Positions 37,786 through 49,009 of a DNA stretch of 64,000 nt are shown here, one piece after another. Made by a program: the position numbers and the translations under genes. The DNA is from Phoronis australis (taxonomy: Eukaryota > Animalia > Phoronida): the NCBI GenBank assembly GCA_002633005.1, contig NMRA01000223.1, positions 466,426-530,425 on the forward strand. Direction: 5' to 3'. Numbering within the stretch: position 1 is the first letter of the stretch; every line of letters starts with the position of its first letter. The notes under the pieces are model-generated. The model had not been told where the DNA came from, did not search any database, and worked only from the letters and a program-made list of their open reading frames with translations.

Positions 37786-38668
37786 TTTTTATGCACCCAC
37801 ATATTTATATGTGGATGCATTATGCCGTTATCTGTGTCTGTCCGTCCATCCATCCGTCTGTCCGGGCATCGTCTGTCCGGCGTCCGCGGCTCTATCTCCA
37901 AAACCGATTGACATATGTTCATAAAATTTTGCATAATTTTATGTGTTCCTTTCTTGGATGGGACAGCATGAGCGAACTTTCGAACGGATGCAACTACCGA
38001 TGTGCCTCCTAGTGGCAATTTTAGTTCTTTACATTTACCTCTGTATCTTCAAAGGTCCTCAACGTATTTTCATAAAATTTAGTATATAGGCATCTATTAG
38101 TGAGACGACGGTATCCTCTCGTTTTCGGAAGATTCAACGTAGTTTGCTCCACATAGTCGCCAATTTTACTGTTTTCAAGTCTGTTTTTTGACGTCCACCC
38201 CTCTATCAACCAAACCGCTTTAAGCATGTATGTTCTTACTATGAAGATGACGGTTGACGATGATTTTTTTACAACTTCAACTACTGTGGCGCCTCCTAGT
38301 GGCATTTTTTGCGCCTATGGCTATATCTCCTAAACCGTTTGCAGCATTTTTACTAAATTTAGTTAGTGCATTTATATGATGTTGACAATGGACGACGACG
38401 ACTTTCGGACAAATCTGACAACTGGTGTGCCACCTATTTGCAATTTTATTTTTTTTTACGTTTACCTCTGTATCTTAAAGGTCTTCTACGTAATTTCATA
38501 AAATTTGGCGTACAGGCTTCTGTTAGTGAGGTGACGCTATCTTTCTGTTTTCAAATGGATTCGACCTAGTTTGTACCATGCAGTGGCCATTTTTACTGTT
38601 TTTGAGTCACTTTTTTGATATCCACTCCTCTATCAACCAAACCGCTTTCACGATAATTGTGAAAATTT
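37786..38668 (+). mobile_element. Diverged, 3'-truncated HINE copy
   Basis: Starts tttttatgcacccacatatttatatgtggatgcattatgccg; same subrepeats; ends abruptly at a GC-rich MITE-end-like motif (ggccatggcccccctaattccgccactg). Confidence 0.75.
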
Positions 38669-39202
38669 TAGGGGGGCCATGGCCCCCCTAATTCCGCCAC
38701 TGGTGTAGAATATGATGACAGTTTTGGAAGAAGCAAGCAGGCCTTGGTAGAAAGTCATTTTTAACACTAGAACGTGGTTCATAGTGACTGATGGATTTCT
38801 TTAATAGCTGGTCTTTACTTAAAGGATACCAAACCAGGTTTTGACTCATTAACAAAAAAGAAGAAAAAAAAACACTTTCCCATCCAATTCTCTGAAACAA
38901 AATAATGCTCTGAAACCCTTGACATACATCAAAAGTTTTTAGGAACTCCTTTTAAAGTCTCCTAAACGTTCAAGCGTGACCTATGCTTTTAGCTAATTAT
39001 ATACATATAGCAGCTGTGGTAAAAGACCACCCACCAAGGATCATAACACCCAATTTGTGACATAGTGGGTATGAATTTTTAGTTGATTCCTGCTTTTGCC
39101 TTTCAAGATGGATGTCAGTGATGCATTTGCTGGTGAAACAACGGTGATTGGTTGAAATCATCAAAATCGGGCTTAGTATCCTTTTAATTATACATTTTGC
39201 AG

Positions 39203-39486
39203 AGACAGGTGGTATAGCCAACATTGTGGAATTGATGGTATCCACGTTTCCTGGAGGCTCTGGTCAGATCTATAGCCAGATGGAAGCCATGCGTGACTTG
39301 CTTGAGAGAGAGCTTGGCGTGGACTGTGTTTTACGGGTGCATAGAGCACTCCAACAAACTGTTGAAGGGGCCAGTCAACTCGGAATGAGTGACCTGTGCA
39401 AGCTCATCACACCCGACAAGACATATTATTTACCTCTTGTTGTACAGTTACTAACTATGGAGGTATTTGCATATCAACTTATTTGA
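39203..39486 (+). CDS. NEK-family kinase, last coding exon (NEK1-like C-terminal helical domain)
   Basis: cattttgcag|(E)TGGIANIVELMVSTFPGGSGQIYSQMEAMRDLLERELGVDCVLRVHRALQQ...YYLPLVVQLLTMEVFAYQLI*; resembles the NEK1 tail LEELRLHLEQEMG. The nine-exon model totals 1647 nt (548 aa + stop), in frame. Confidence 0.8.
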
Positions 39487-40900
39487 TTTTCATGAAATTT
39501 GGCAAATAGTTACCTGTTAAGGAGACGATACTTGTTTCCTTTTTTCAAAGATTAGACATACTTTGTGCCACCTACCCTTTATTTGTACTGTTTTTTTCCA
39601 CCTCTGGCTCAGCCAAACCACTCGAAGATCATTACAAAAACTAATATATGTGTTCCTACTGTGAAGAGGGCTGACAATTATTTTCGGACGGTTCTGACTT
39701 CTGTGGCATCTCCTTGTGGGATTTTTTGTTGCATCCATGGCTGCATTTCCTAAACTCTTCAGAATCTTTGTTAAATTTGGATAGTGTATTTTTATGTAAG
39801 TGGCAATGAATGGCTACCAGTTTGGATGGATCTAAGCTGTGTCCCCTGCTGGCAATTTTAGTTTTTTCCTGTTTTCCGTTGTATCTTTTGAGTTCCTTGG
39901 CAGATTTTCATGAAATTTGGCAAATAGATTTCTATTAAAGAGGTGATGAAGTTTTAGATGGATTTGTCCTAATGTATGTATATCACCTAGTTACCATTTT
40001 TGATATTTTGAGTCTGTTTTTTGGAATCCGCCATGCTGTCAGCCACTGAAATCACTCTAAGGATCATTATGGAAGTTGGTGTATGGCTCTCAAAAAGTTT
40101 TGGTCGGCTTTGTGGTGCCCCCTAGTGGCAGTGTTGCTTTTTGCATCCGCAACTGTTTCGGCTCTGGCATAATCCCTTGCAGGATCTTTGTGTTGCAGAT
40201 GATGACTTTTGGACACGTTTGACTAATATTGCGCCTCCTAGTAGAAATTCTAGCTTTTTACGTTTCTTTGGAGAGTTCCTGAATGGATTTTTCTAAAATT
40301 TGGCAAATTGGTTTGTATTAAAGAGACGACAACACTTTTCCATTTTTCGATGGTTTTCTCTTATTGTGCGCCACCTAGTGGCCATTTTATTTCTTCCATT
40401 TTTGGCACCTGCCTCTCTATCTGCCCATGATTATGATTATCATCTATGTTTCTTCTAGGAAGAGCTGACATTAATTTTTGGACGGATGTGTCTGCTGTGG
40501 TGCCCTCTGGTGGCAATTTTGTTTTTTTTTGCCCGCGGTTCAAGATTAAATAACTTTTTGGTCCATGTTGATGAAATTCTACTGTACTGTTTTTGTTGTG
40601 AAGAGTACAAATGATATAGATGTTGGGTTAAATCTGCTTCTATCAATTTTGTTTTTCTTTGCTTTTGTTTTGATGTCCATCCAGGATGTTTCTGAAATTT
40701 GGCAAATTTGGCAAATAAGTAACTATCATATAGATGGCAGCATGAGCTTTTGACCTACATGTACATTGCACCCCCTAGTGGCATTTTCGTTGTTTTGTTT
40801 AAGTTTTTTCTGCCTAAAAATCATGGTGAAAGGTGGCAGGTGTGTCCCTATTAAGGAGAGCATTGGTGACTTGTTTTGCACCCCCTGGTTGGCATGTTAA
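39487..40900 (+). mobile_element. Highly degenerate HINE-derived array forming the probable NEK 3'UTR
   Basis: gattttcatgaaatttggc starts at the stop codon; repeated gccccctagtggca / gcgccacctagtggcc subunits (e.g. near 40117, 40368, 40770). End approximate. Confidence 0.65.
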
Positions 40901-43900
40901 AAATAATGACCATCCCCTGTGTGTTTGCTGGTCTTGTTTGAAATCATTCTGCGAAGTCATCTAATGGTAGACTACTGTCTTTGCTATAGAAGTTATATTG
41001 TGCAATTAATGTTTTTGTAAGGTAAATATGGGTGCATTTTTGTATTTGATATTTGAAAAATATTTCTGGTGCTATTTGAAATGAGATGACATTTGAAAAA
41101 GAACGCTAGAGAACTGGCTTCAGTTGTAATAAAAGTAGATCTGTTTCTTGTCTCGAACTTTTCCTCCTCTCCCAGTTTTTTCAAGTGCTGCTCAACCCTA
41201 CCATTTTCAATATTTCTGCAGTGGAAGTAATCATTTTACTTTCTTTCAACTTGACAGTTATGTATACTTTAATTAGCCTTTTTGTGTCATTAGTATAAAA
41301 TTGTGTTATACTGTTGAACTGGGGGAAGTGTTTCCTTGGTAACTGGTGACTTATTTCTTAATTTTGATGCACTTTTTGATTTATACATTTGTTTTATATA
41401 TTAGTTGTCCAAAGGTTTATTTTTGTCATTTTGCAGTAATATTGTCATGTTTCCCTTTGCTATACAAAGTGATGAACTCAGTTTAATATTTCATGACTTC
41501 AGCTCTGACTGTTTTTCCAGCCTTTAGCATTAAAAACGCTTTTGCAGTATATTGCAAAGCCATTAAATGACTTGAGTGTTTTTCGATTTGATTTCCTGTG
41601 AGGTTTCTTTTTATTAAATGGGTGCTGAAACTTTTGCCTTATCAATTCTAAGCTCATTATAAAGGCAATATAAGTGGTCTTTTGTTTTTTGTGACGAAAC
41701 ATATTCTAATGTCACAGCATTATTTTTTCCATTTAATGTTGATTAATAGAAATGTAATTGTCATTAAATGCTGCCAATATTTCGTTATTTTCTGATTTTT
41801 GTGTTCAGTAATGCTTAGAGTTGCAATTGTCATATATATATACATATCTATTTTTGATAAGGTTATTTACTATAATAAATTATTATTTGCATTTCTGTCA
41901 AAACCCTAGTTGTTACTATTTGATTACCATTGCCCTAGGGGGTACACCATCTGCCTGTTGATGAGGGTGTCCTGCTGAAGATAAATAATTCATATGCTGC
42001 TGTTTCTGTGGATGAAACTTCCCCCTAGTGTAAGATAATGTTACCCATAAAATGACCCTGGCGTATCATCTGTCCACCAGTTGCCTGGACTATCTTTTTG
42101 GCTGCAAGTTCCCAGACACTCCGACAAATGGCATTTTTTCTCCCGGGTTCGTTGGTGGATGTATTTGTTGGGTATAAATAAAAACTTAACAACGCTGGCC
42201 CTGTTGCCTTTGTATCATAGTGTGTGCATGTACATGTATGCGCATGACGCTGACTGAAGCTGCAGCTATATCCGGGTTTTCTTGGACATGCTGTTATATA
42301 CGTATCTTTATTGCACACGCCTGAGACCTCTTTAATAGTCAAAGTAGAGATAACTTCGAATAACTGCTAGCCACTTATGGGTTGAGATCAGGCTGCGCAA
42401 GCTAGTTGGCTTGTCATTTTGTTTGCTGATCGTGGTCTTTGATGAATAGACGGTATTTCAGTATTTTTTGCAAAACCAGAAATCACATCCGAGCAAGGAG
42501 CAAGTTGAAACCAAGTTCACAGCTGTGAGTAGTCCAAATCTAAAGTTTGTTTCTTGGATGGAACGCTTCAACTGAATACTAAAAATGAACAAAAACGACG
42601 TACAAAGATACTTTTGAGCTACTTTTTCGCGTTCACACTTTGGCATAGGCCGGCGCGTGGACCGAACAAAATACTTCGCATGTTGGCGTAGCCTTCGGTG
42701 CTACGAACGCACGTCTCACCACTCGTATGCACTGATCAGACGAATAAGGGGAGACACGTGACTTGTAGGTTATCCTTGCAGTTTTTATGGCTATGGACAT
42801 GACCAATAATGAGCCTTTCAATAAATTGAAGATCTTGGGTTTTCGGAAGGGTGGCATTACTTAGGCCATTTTATTGCAGTCTCCAATAAGTCACCCACAA
42901 ACATAATTCTATTGAATGCAAATTCAGTTGAAGCAAGTTATTTTTATTTTTTGAATTAAAGGAAAACTTTTTCTGAATGTGTGGTATTAAACACCCTTGA
43001 AATAGATGTGCGCTCAGCTCATCGGTTGAACTCCGTCAAAACGTTGTGTGCTGAAAATGTGACGGACAGTGAGCGACATAATGGTGGCCACGTTGGTCGA
43101 ACATGACGATCATAGATCCCCGAGGGGGTTCAGAGTCCTGCCGAGTAACCTAGTATCTTAATAGACATATCAAAAGCGCCCCCGGCCGAGCATCGTCGAG
43201 AGATTTCGTTACTTCATTTTGCTACCGATAATGCACAAATGTAGACTTGTCATTGTCATCACAGAATATCCTTTGATTGGCCTTGAGAAACTGGTGTGGG
43301 TAATTCGAACGGTTGGCGTCGGACCATTTGGGATTTACCACTGTAAGGTAGCCAACGAAAACAATCGTTCTCGTTATTTCCTGAACTATTAATATCCATC
43401 CCAGAAAACAACTGAGTGCAAGAGTCACAATCTGTTCTCTTCAGGCTGCGAAAATTGCGTCATTTGACGTAATTGTAGCAGCTCTGTCGTAAGTCACTTC
43501 CTAAAAAAGACCCATACAGTATGTTTCGTCATAAGTTCTGCGCATTTAGCCATCAAAAGCAACACCACGGCCGCCTCCTTAGTACTTTTGTTCTTTGAAT
43601 AGTAGAAATCGGTAAATCGTCTGGAATCCCCTGATGGCTATGTACTACATAGGCCTACCTTGGCAACCGATGGTGGTTCGCCACGTGGCGAGCCATAGTC
43701 TGACGAATGGGACGTCAGCATGCTCATTCAGAATGGTAGTGGCGTGGACTACTTGTTGTAGGTTACAAAAGTCACATTTTTAGTCTTGAACGATTTCCAA
43801 AATTCAAAAGAAACTATTTAAATGTGCTACTTAACTTTCTTTCAAAATGAAATTTGAATAAATGCCATTGTCATCCTCAGTGTTTACATCCATGGTCGGT

Positions 43901-46900
43901 TTCTTTGAACCCGTCGAGTTGCCTATACTGAACTTGACCGATGGAGTGTGTCAGCGTAAGATTCTTTTCATGAGTTCTTTTCAATTAAGCCTCGAAATAA
44001 TTTCACTGGATAAGGGATAGTAAGATGAGATCGATTTTATCATAGTAAGTGGCCTAAATCAAAAGTTTCTTTGAGGAGGCTCGGGTGCATTGGCAGTTTA
44101 ATTAACTAGGACTCACATCGAGTGCATGAATGACTTGACCTCTTTAGTAAGTTGCAAGAATTAACAATAAATAAATGTCTGACGATCCATTGCGTTTCTT
44201 TGTTATCTTCCCGCATTCTCTATTGATATTCGTTACCGATTCCCTTTTGCGAGTCACTCTGTGCAAATGATTTTTGGGATGTTTTTAAATTCTCCACGTA
44301 ATTGGGAGGAGAATCTGAAGGACCCGCAGTTTGCAAGTGTGTAGGAGCGACTCTGAAATGAATAAAACCTAGTTTATAGATATTTTTGCATGTTGCGTAA
44401 ATAAAACAATATAAAACACCTTCAAAATCACAGGTTGTTGTGCCGAAAGGAAAAGATGCAAAAAATTACAAAACATACCTTTTATAAAAACAAAAAGCTA
44501 GAATCTCATTTTTTTCCAGCTGGAAGAAAGCGGTTGAAGTGTTAATGAATAATTTACTGATCCATTTAGAAATTGCAGCAACATTAGGCCTTCTGTCTAT
44601 TGCATGCTTATCGCGTGGGACCCGGACCAAAGGGGTTGTGTCTCAGCTGAATTTTGTATCAATAGTATAAAAGTTCTCTTTCTGAAGTCATTAATGCGTC
44701 AAGTGCTTTACATAGACCGACGTCGGCGGGTAAGCAACACGCTGAAGCAAGCTCACGCGAGTGAAAGCCGAGTGTGGTCGAGACCTTAGGTGGCATTAGT
44801 TTTTGAGACACCAAGTCACAGGAAGTTCCACCCCTCTACTCCGCAGGGTGTACAAAACCTGAATACATGAGCAATGTACCGGGCCAAAGAGTTAAAAAAT
44901 CTTGCTCTGATTCTACAAGTACATAAAATCGTCAGTCAGCGCGTCATAACATCTGTATCTATGTAAGCCCTTATTTCTGCTTTTGTTTTATGCCAGCTAT
45001 CTGTACACATTTCGCCTCGCTTTCTTGTACAGATTCTTGTTATTTTCATCACAAACTAGCGTCTCTGCTAATGTTTATTGTTTATACTTCGTATCCTATA
45101 TAAAATATACTTTTTTCTATTTTATTTATCGACCTGAGAACGCATGCTCATAACACGCGGTGTGCCTAGCGAAGATGTAGCACCATCCCTTCAAAGATCC
45201 CATGGAAGCTTTTTTGGAAAATAAAGAATAAATAGCGCCCATGGGTACTTCTTGAGGAACAAAACGTGATTTAGAGAAATCACGTTTTTTTTTCGAAACA
45301 GCGCTTACAGAGCGCTTTTTGGGAACAAAATAATAGTCGCCCAGGGTGCTTGATGGGAGATTGCCGGTATGAGGCCTAACAAAGCCTAGTAAACAGGGAG
45401 CTAGTGTCAACTTTTCCGAGGAGAAATGACTAGAAATTCGAAGACCGTTACCTTTTGACACTCCCACCGCCTTTCGTTCAAACAATTGAAGAGTGAACGA
45501 GTAAATAGTGTAGCGCAGTTCATGCAAGCATTTTTTGCATCGTGGGAATATCCGACGTCTTTTCCTTGACCGGTTTGTTTTCTAGTTGTTAACGGAAATT
45601 CACGTTTTGTTTCACCATGTATAATGCTCTTCACACGTGAATATCAGTAATGATCTTCCTTGTAACTGGATTTTTCCGCAGAAATGAAAACAAAACGTGT
45701 TGCTGTCATAAACGGACACAACCGCAGCATATAAGAGCGTAAAACAGATAGTCTCAGTTATAGAGCAAGCAGGCGTTCTTGTCGTTATTCGACTCGTCTA
45801 AATTGACGACATTCAGTTTTAAAATACTCTACCCAGTTTCAGTCGTCGCGTGAAAGAAACTTGATCAGCGCCTGTGAGTTAGCGCATATAAAAATTATTT
45901 AAGTATTAAATTATTTTATGTAAGCTATACTGCTTCGTCCTCATAATATTGTTTGGATTTTCGGGGCATTGACCCTCTTTGTTCTACGATTATTGGTTTA
46001 ATTGTACCACGTGATCTCTTTGTCTCGTCGCACCCCTGGGCCATCGTCCACAATTCTCTCCAAATTTCAGTTTGCACTCAATTTCTCTTTCCCTCCCTCC
46101 CTCGAACCAATTTTCCTTACTTCCCTGTTTATCCTTACCTTCCCCATGTCGCTGTCCCGGTGTTGCTGTTGTGCTTCCGCATATTATTACTTAGGTATAC
46201 CTTCATTGCTGCTAGGCAGATTGTCACCCACCTTTACAGTTCAACATATTATGTAACTTTTGTAATTACCGATATCTGTAGTAGTTTAGTTTATCGTAAT
46301 ACATATGACCTTTTATCTCGTCTACAGGTGTTGTTTCACTGTAAACTAGCTTCGGTATCGCTTCGCATTAGCGCATATAAAACATAACGGTGAGAATGAC
46401 AAACTACCATACACATCGAACGAATTGTCAGCCCTTCCCGAGCCCAGAGACCACTTCTACATTGAGCAATTGACAAAATGAGACCAATTTTTTAATGATA
46501 AGTAGCCTAAACCGCAACTCGTTTGGGTGAACTTGACGCTTATATGGATACGTAAGGGAGGTGAACAAATTCAAGATAGTCGAATTCCTCTCAGGACACA
46601 ATCAGCTCAGTGCTTTCACTAGGCCCACATGTAGTTCAGAATGTGAGAGCGATTATATGACAAGAAACCCTGTTGACTACTTAATTACGACCAGGCTTTG
46701 GTATTTTAAAAATCTATGAGAATTTTTATATCCCGATATTAATTTAGTCCTCTTGATCTTTGCTCAACTGGTAATTATGATAAAGATCATTGCCATATTT
46801 CATCTCGTTCAGTTTTAGTGAAACGTCATGAACTGAAGCTATGATTGACCAGAAATTAGAAAGAGACTTTCTCCTATACTGATTGGATTACACGATGTCG

Positions 46901-46960
46901 CTAATTGATCACGCACTGCCACCTGTGGCCGTGATGACAAGAAAATTGTGTCATAATTTA

Positions 46961-47187
46961 CATGCGCGCACACAGCCCGAAAATGGGGGGGCTCGAATTT
47001 CTTAGAATGTGGACCATTTACTAAAAAAATACGGGGTACGTTCAGGGCTACGAATTGTGCATTCGTTGAATTTTGGTAGCTCCTGTCTTTTTTAGTGGAC
47101 TTTTGTCTCGTTTTCTCCTTTTTCGCAGTTTTGTTTCTCCGAGGCGGACTTTTTTGCCCACTTCGCCAAATGCAGGGTGTGCGCATG
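46961..47187 (+). mobile_element. Short MITE; related inverted copy at 56066-56274
   Basis: Termini catgcgcgcacacagcc / cagggtgtgcgcatg; internal tagtggacttttgtctcgttttctc matches the reverse complement of the 56115-56140 region. Confidence 0.7.
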
Positions 47188-48911
47188 GGTTACATTTCGG
47201 TACCAATGAATGTGCGGGCAAGTTCAAAAGTGTTCATAAGTTTGAGGCAAAGCATGGAAAGTGAAGTGGTGAATGATCTCGTGTTCAGCAAGTTAGGTAA
47301 TTAAAGTTTGAGGTTGCGCTTGGCGAGTAAGGCCAGTTGAATTTGCTACCGGCGATATACGAGGTCGCCTTGCACGAACCGTTGATCGCCAAATCGAACG
47401 GTACATTGAATCTTCTAGTTTATCAAGGCTCAAATCAGAAAGCCCTGGTGACGGGCTTCAAATTGACTGACACTTAAAAAGTTTAATTCTAATGTCTAGT
47501 TTCAAAATTTACGAAAAAGCAAACTTCAATGCAGAACCAAAACTTATTTTGAAAAGACGCTCTTTCATCGCAACTTCACATTTTCATTACAAGAATGCTT
47601 TAATATTACATTTTTGGATTTCTGGGGTACACTAAGCAATGGCCGCCGAAGCGGTATGACACGGAACTTCAAATATACATGTATATGTACACAGTGTGTT
47701 CCAAAACTCGTATTTCCTTTCACTTAAGTCTAATCTTACATGTAGTTGCATGTCTGATCAATTGCTTTTTAATGTATGATTATTCACTTTAAATTTGTGC
47801 TCAGAATTTTCGCATATCCTCGAAGAAGTTCACTGATTATCCCAAAAAATGAATCTTAAAGTGAAAGGAGTTAAGTTCCGTCCACACACAGAATTACCAC
47901 AGAACAACATGTAGCATGTAAATACGGCGAGAAAAAAGAAGACCCCTGCGTATGAAGCCGCTGTTGATAATTACTTCCGCCTTGCGCTAGGTTTGAAAGT
48001 GGCGCAAGTTCCCCTAGAACATGTTACCCCGCCTCGATAAGGTGGAGTAAGATATCACAAGTGGGACAAATTGCACTAGTTTAAATAGCATCGTTCCAGG
48101 AATAACTTGTTCCAGGATAAGTCTACGGGTGGGCGGCACCCTCAGCAAAATGTTGACAGATACAGATTTCACGCTTGCGTGCTTTGAACGTTGCAAAGTC
48201 CATCTCGACGTCGCGCCAAAGTGGCTGATCCATTTTGTCTGCGTAGACACGAATACCAAATCAGGCTACAAATGAATATAATTATAATTGTGTGTGTATG
48301 TCGCTTGTCATTGAAGAAACGGATGACTTTGTTCTCATACAACACACTAAGATTGACGTCCCAAGCTTCAAAACCACTAGTACTGTTTCTGTCAAAGAAA
48401 TCACAAAATTTCTAATAATTAGAGTAGAATACCCTAACTTTCCAAAATCAAATAACGCGACTCAGTCATATTTGGCGATGGTGACAGCGTGCAGAAATTA
48501 TCAAATTCTGTTTTGTTCATTGAATAAGGAGTCATTCCTGCGACATGCTACGAATTAAAACTCGAAGCAAGAGGTGGACAATAAAAACGACACTAGAGTG
48601 TACCATGAAAACGACGTTTCAATATTTGTTTTCCACTTCTTGAATTTTAATTCGTAACATATCGTTTAGAAAAATCTCCGTCAATTACATTTCTCTCTGC
48701 CTAAATGCACGGCCGCACTCAGTTTTGCATGCCCAATAAACCACAAACAGTTACGTTACATACACGCCGATTGAACATGAAACCTGTCATTATTCATAAT
48801 TTCGATCCTCGAGGAAACGTACACGTGTTCCCAGTAGCGTTGAGTTTCCGCCTTGAACGATAAATAAACCCAACAAATTGTTCGCTGACTTCACACGGGC
48901 TGGCGCATTGC

Positions 48912-48919
48912 TATATAAG
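48912..48919 (+). promoter_or_regulatory. TATA box of the neuropeptide precursor gene
   Basis: TATATAAG about 88 nt upstream of ATG 49000; CRE-like TGACTTCA about 25 nt further upstream. Confidence 0.6.
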
Positions 48920-48999
48920 ATGGGTGCGAACGCGCAGGAACGTTGTCCTGCAAGCGAATGGTCACGCAGTTAGCTGTATTTCAAAGTTAGGAGACTGCA

Positions 49000-49009
49000 A
49001 TGGATTCGG
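49000..49009 (+). CDS. Neuropeptide precursor, coding exon 1 (MDS-G)
   Basis: gcaATGGATTCGG|gtaagt: strong donor, phase 1, in frame with the acceptor at 53060/53061; downstream of a TATA box. Confidence 0.7.

Noticed and set aside
45126-46387. ORFs of 133 aa (-) and 144 aa (+) in the intergenic region
   Set aside because: No recognisable domain or splice context; consistent with random ORFs.
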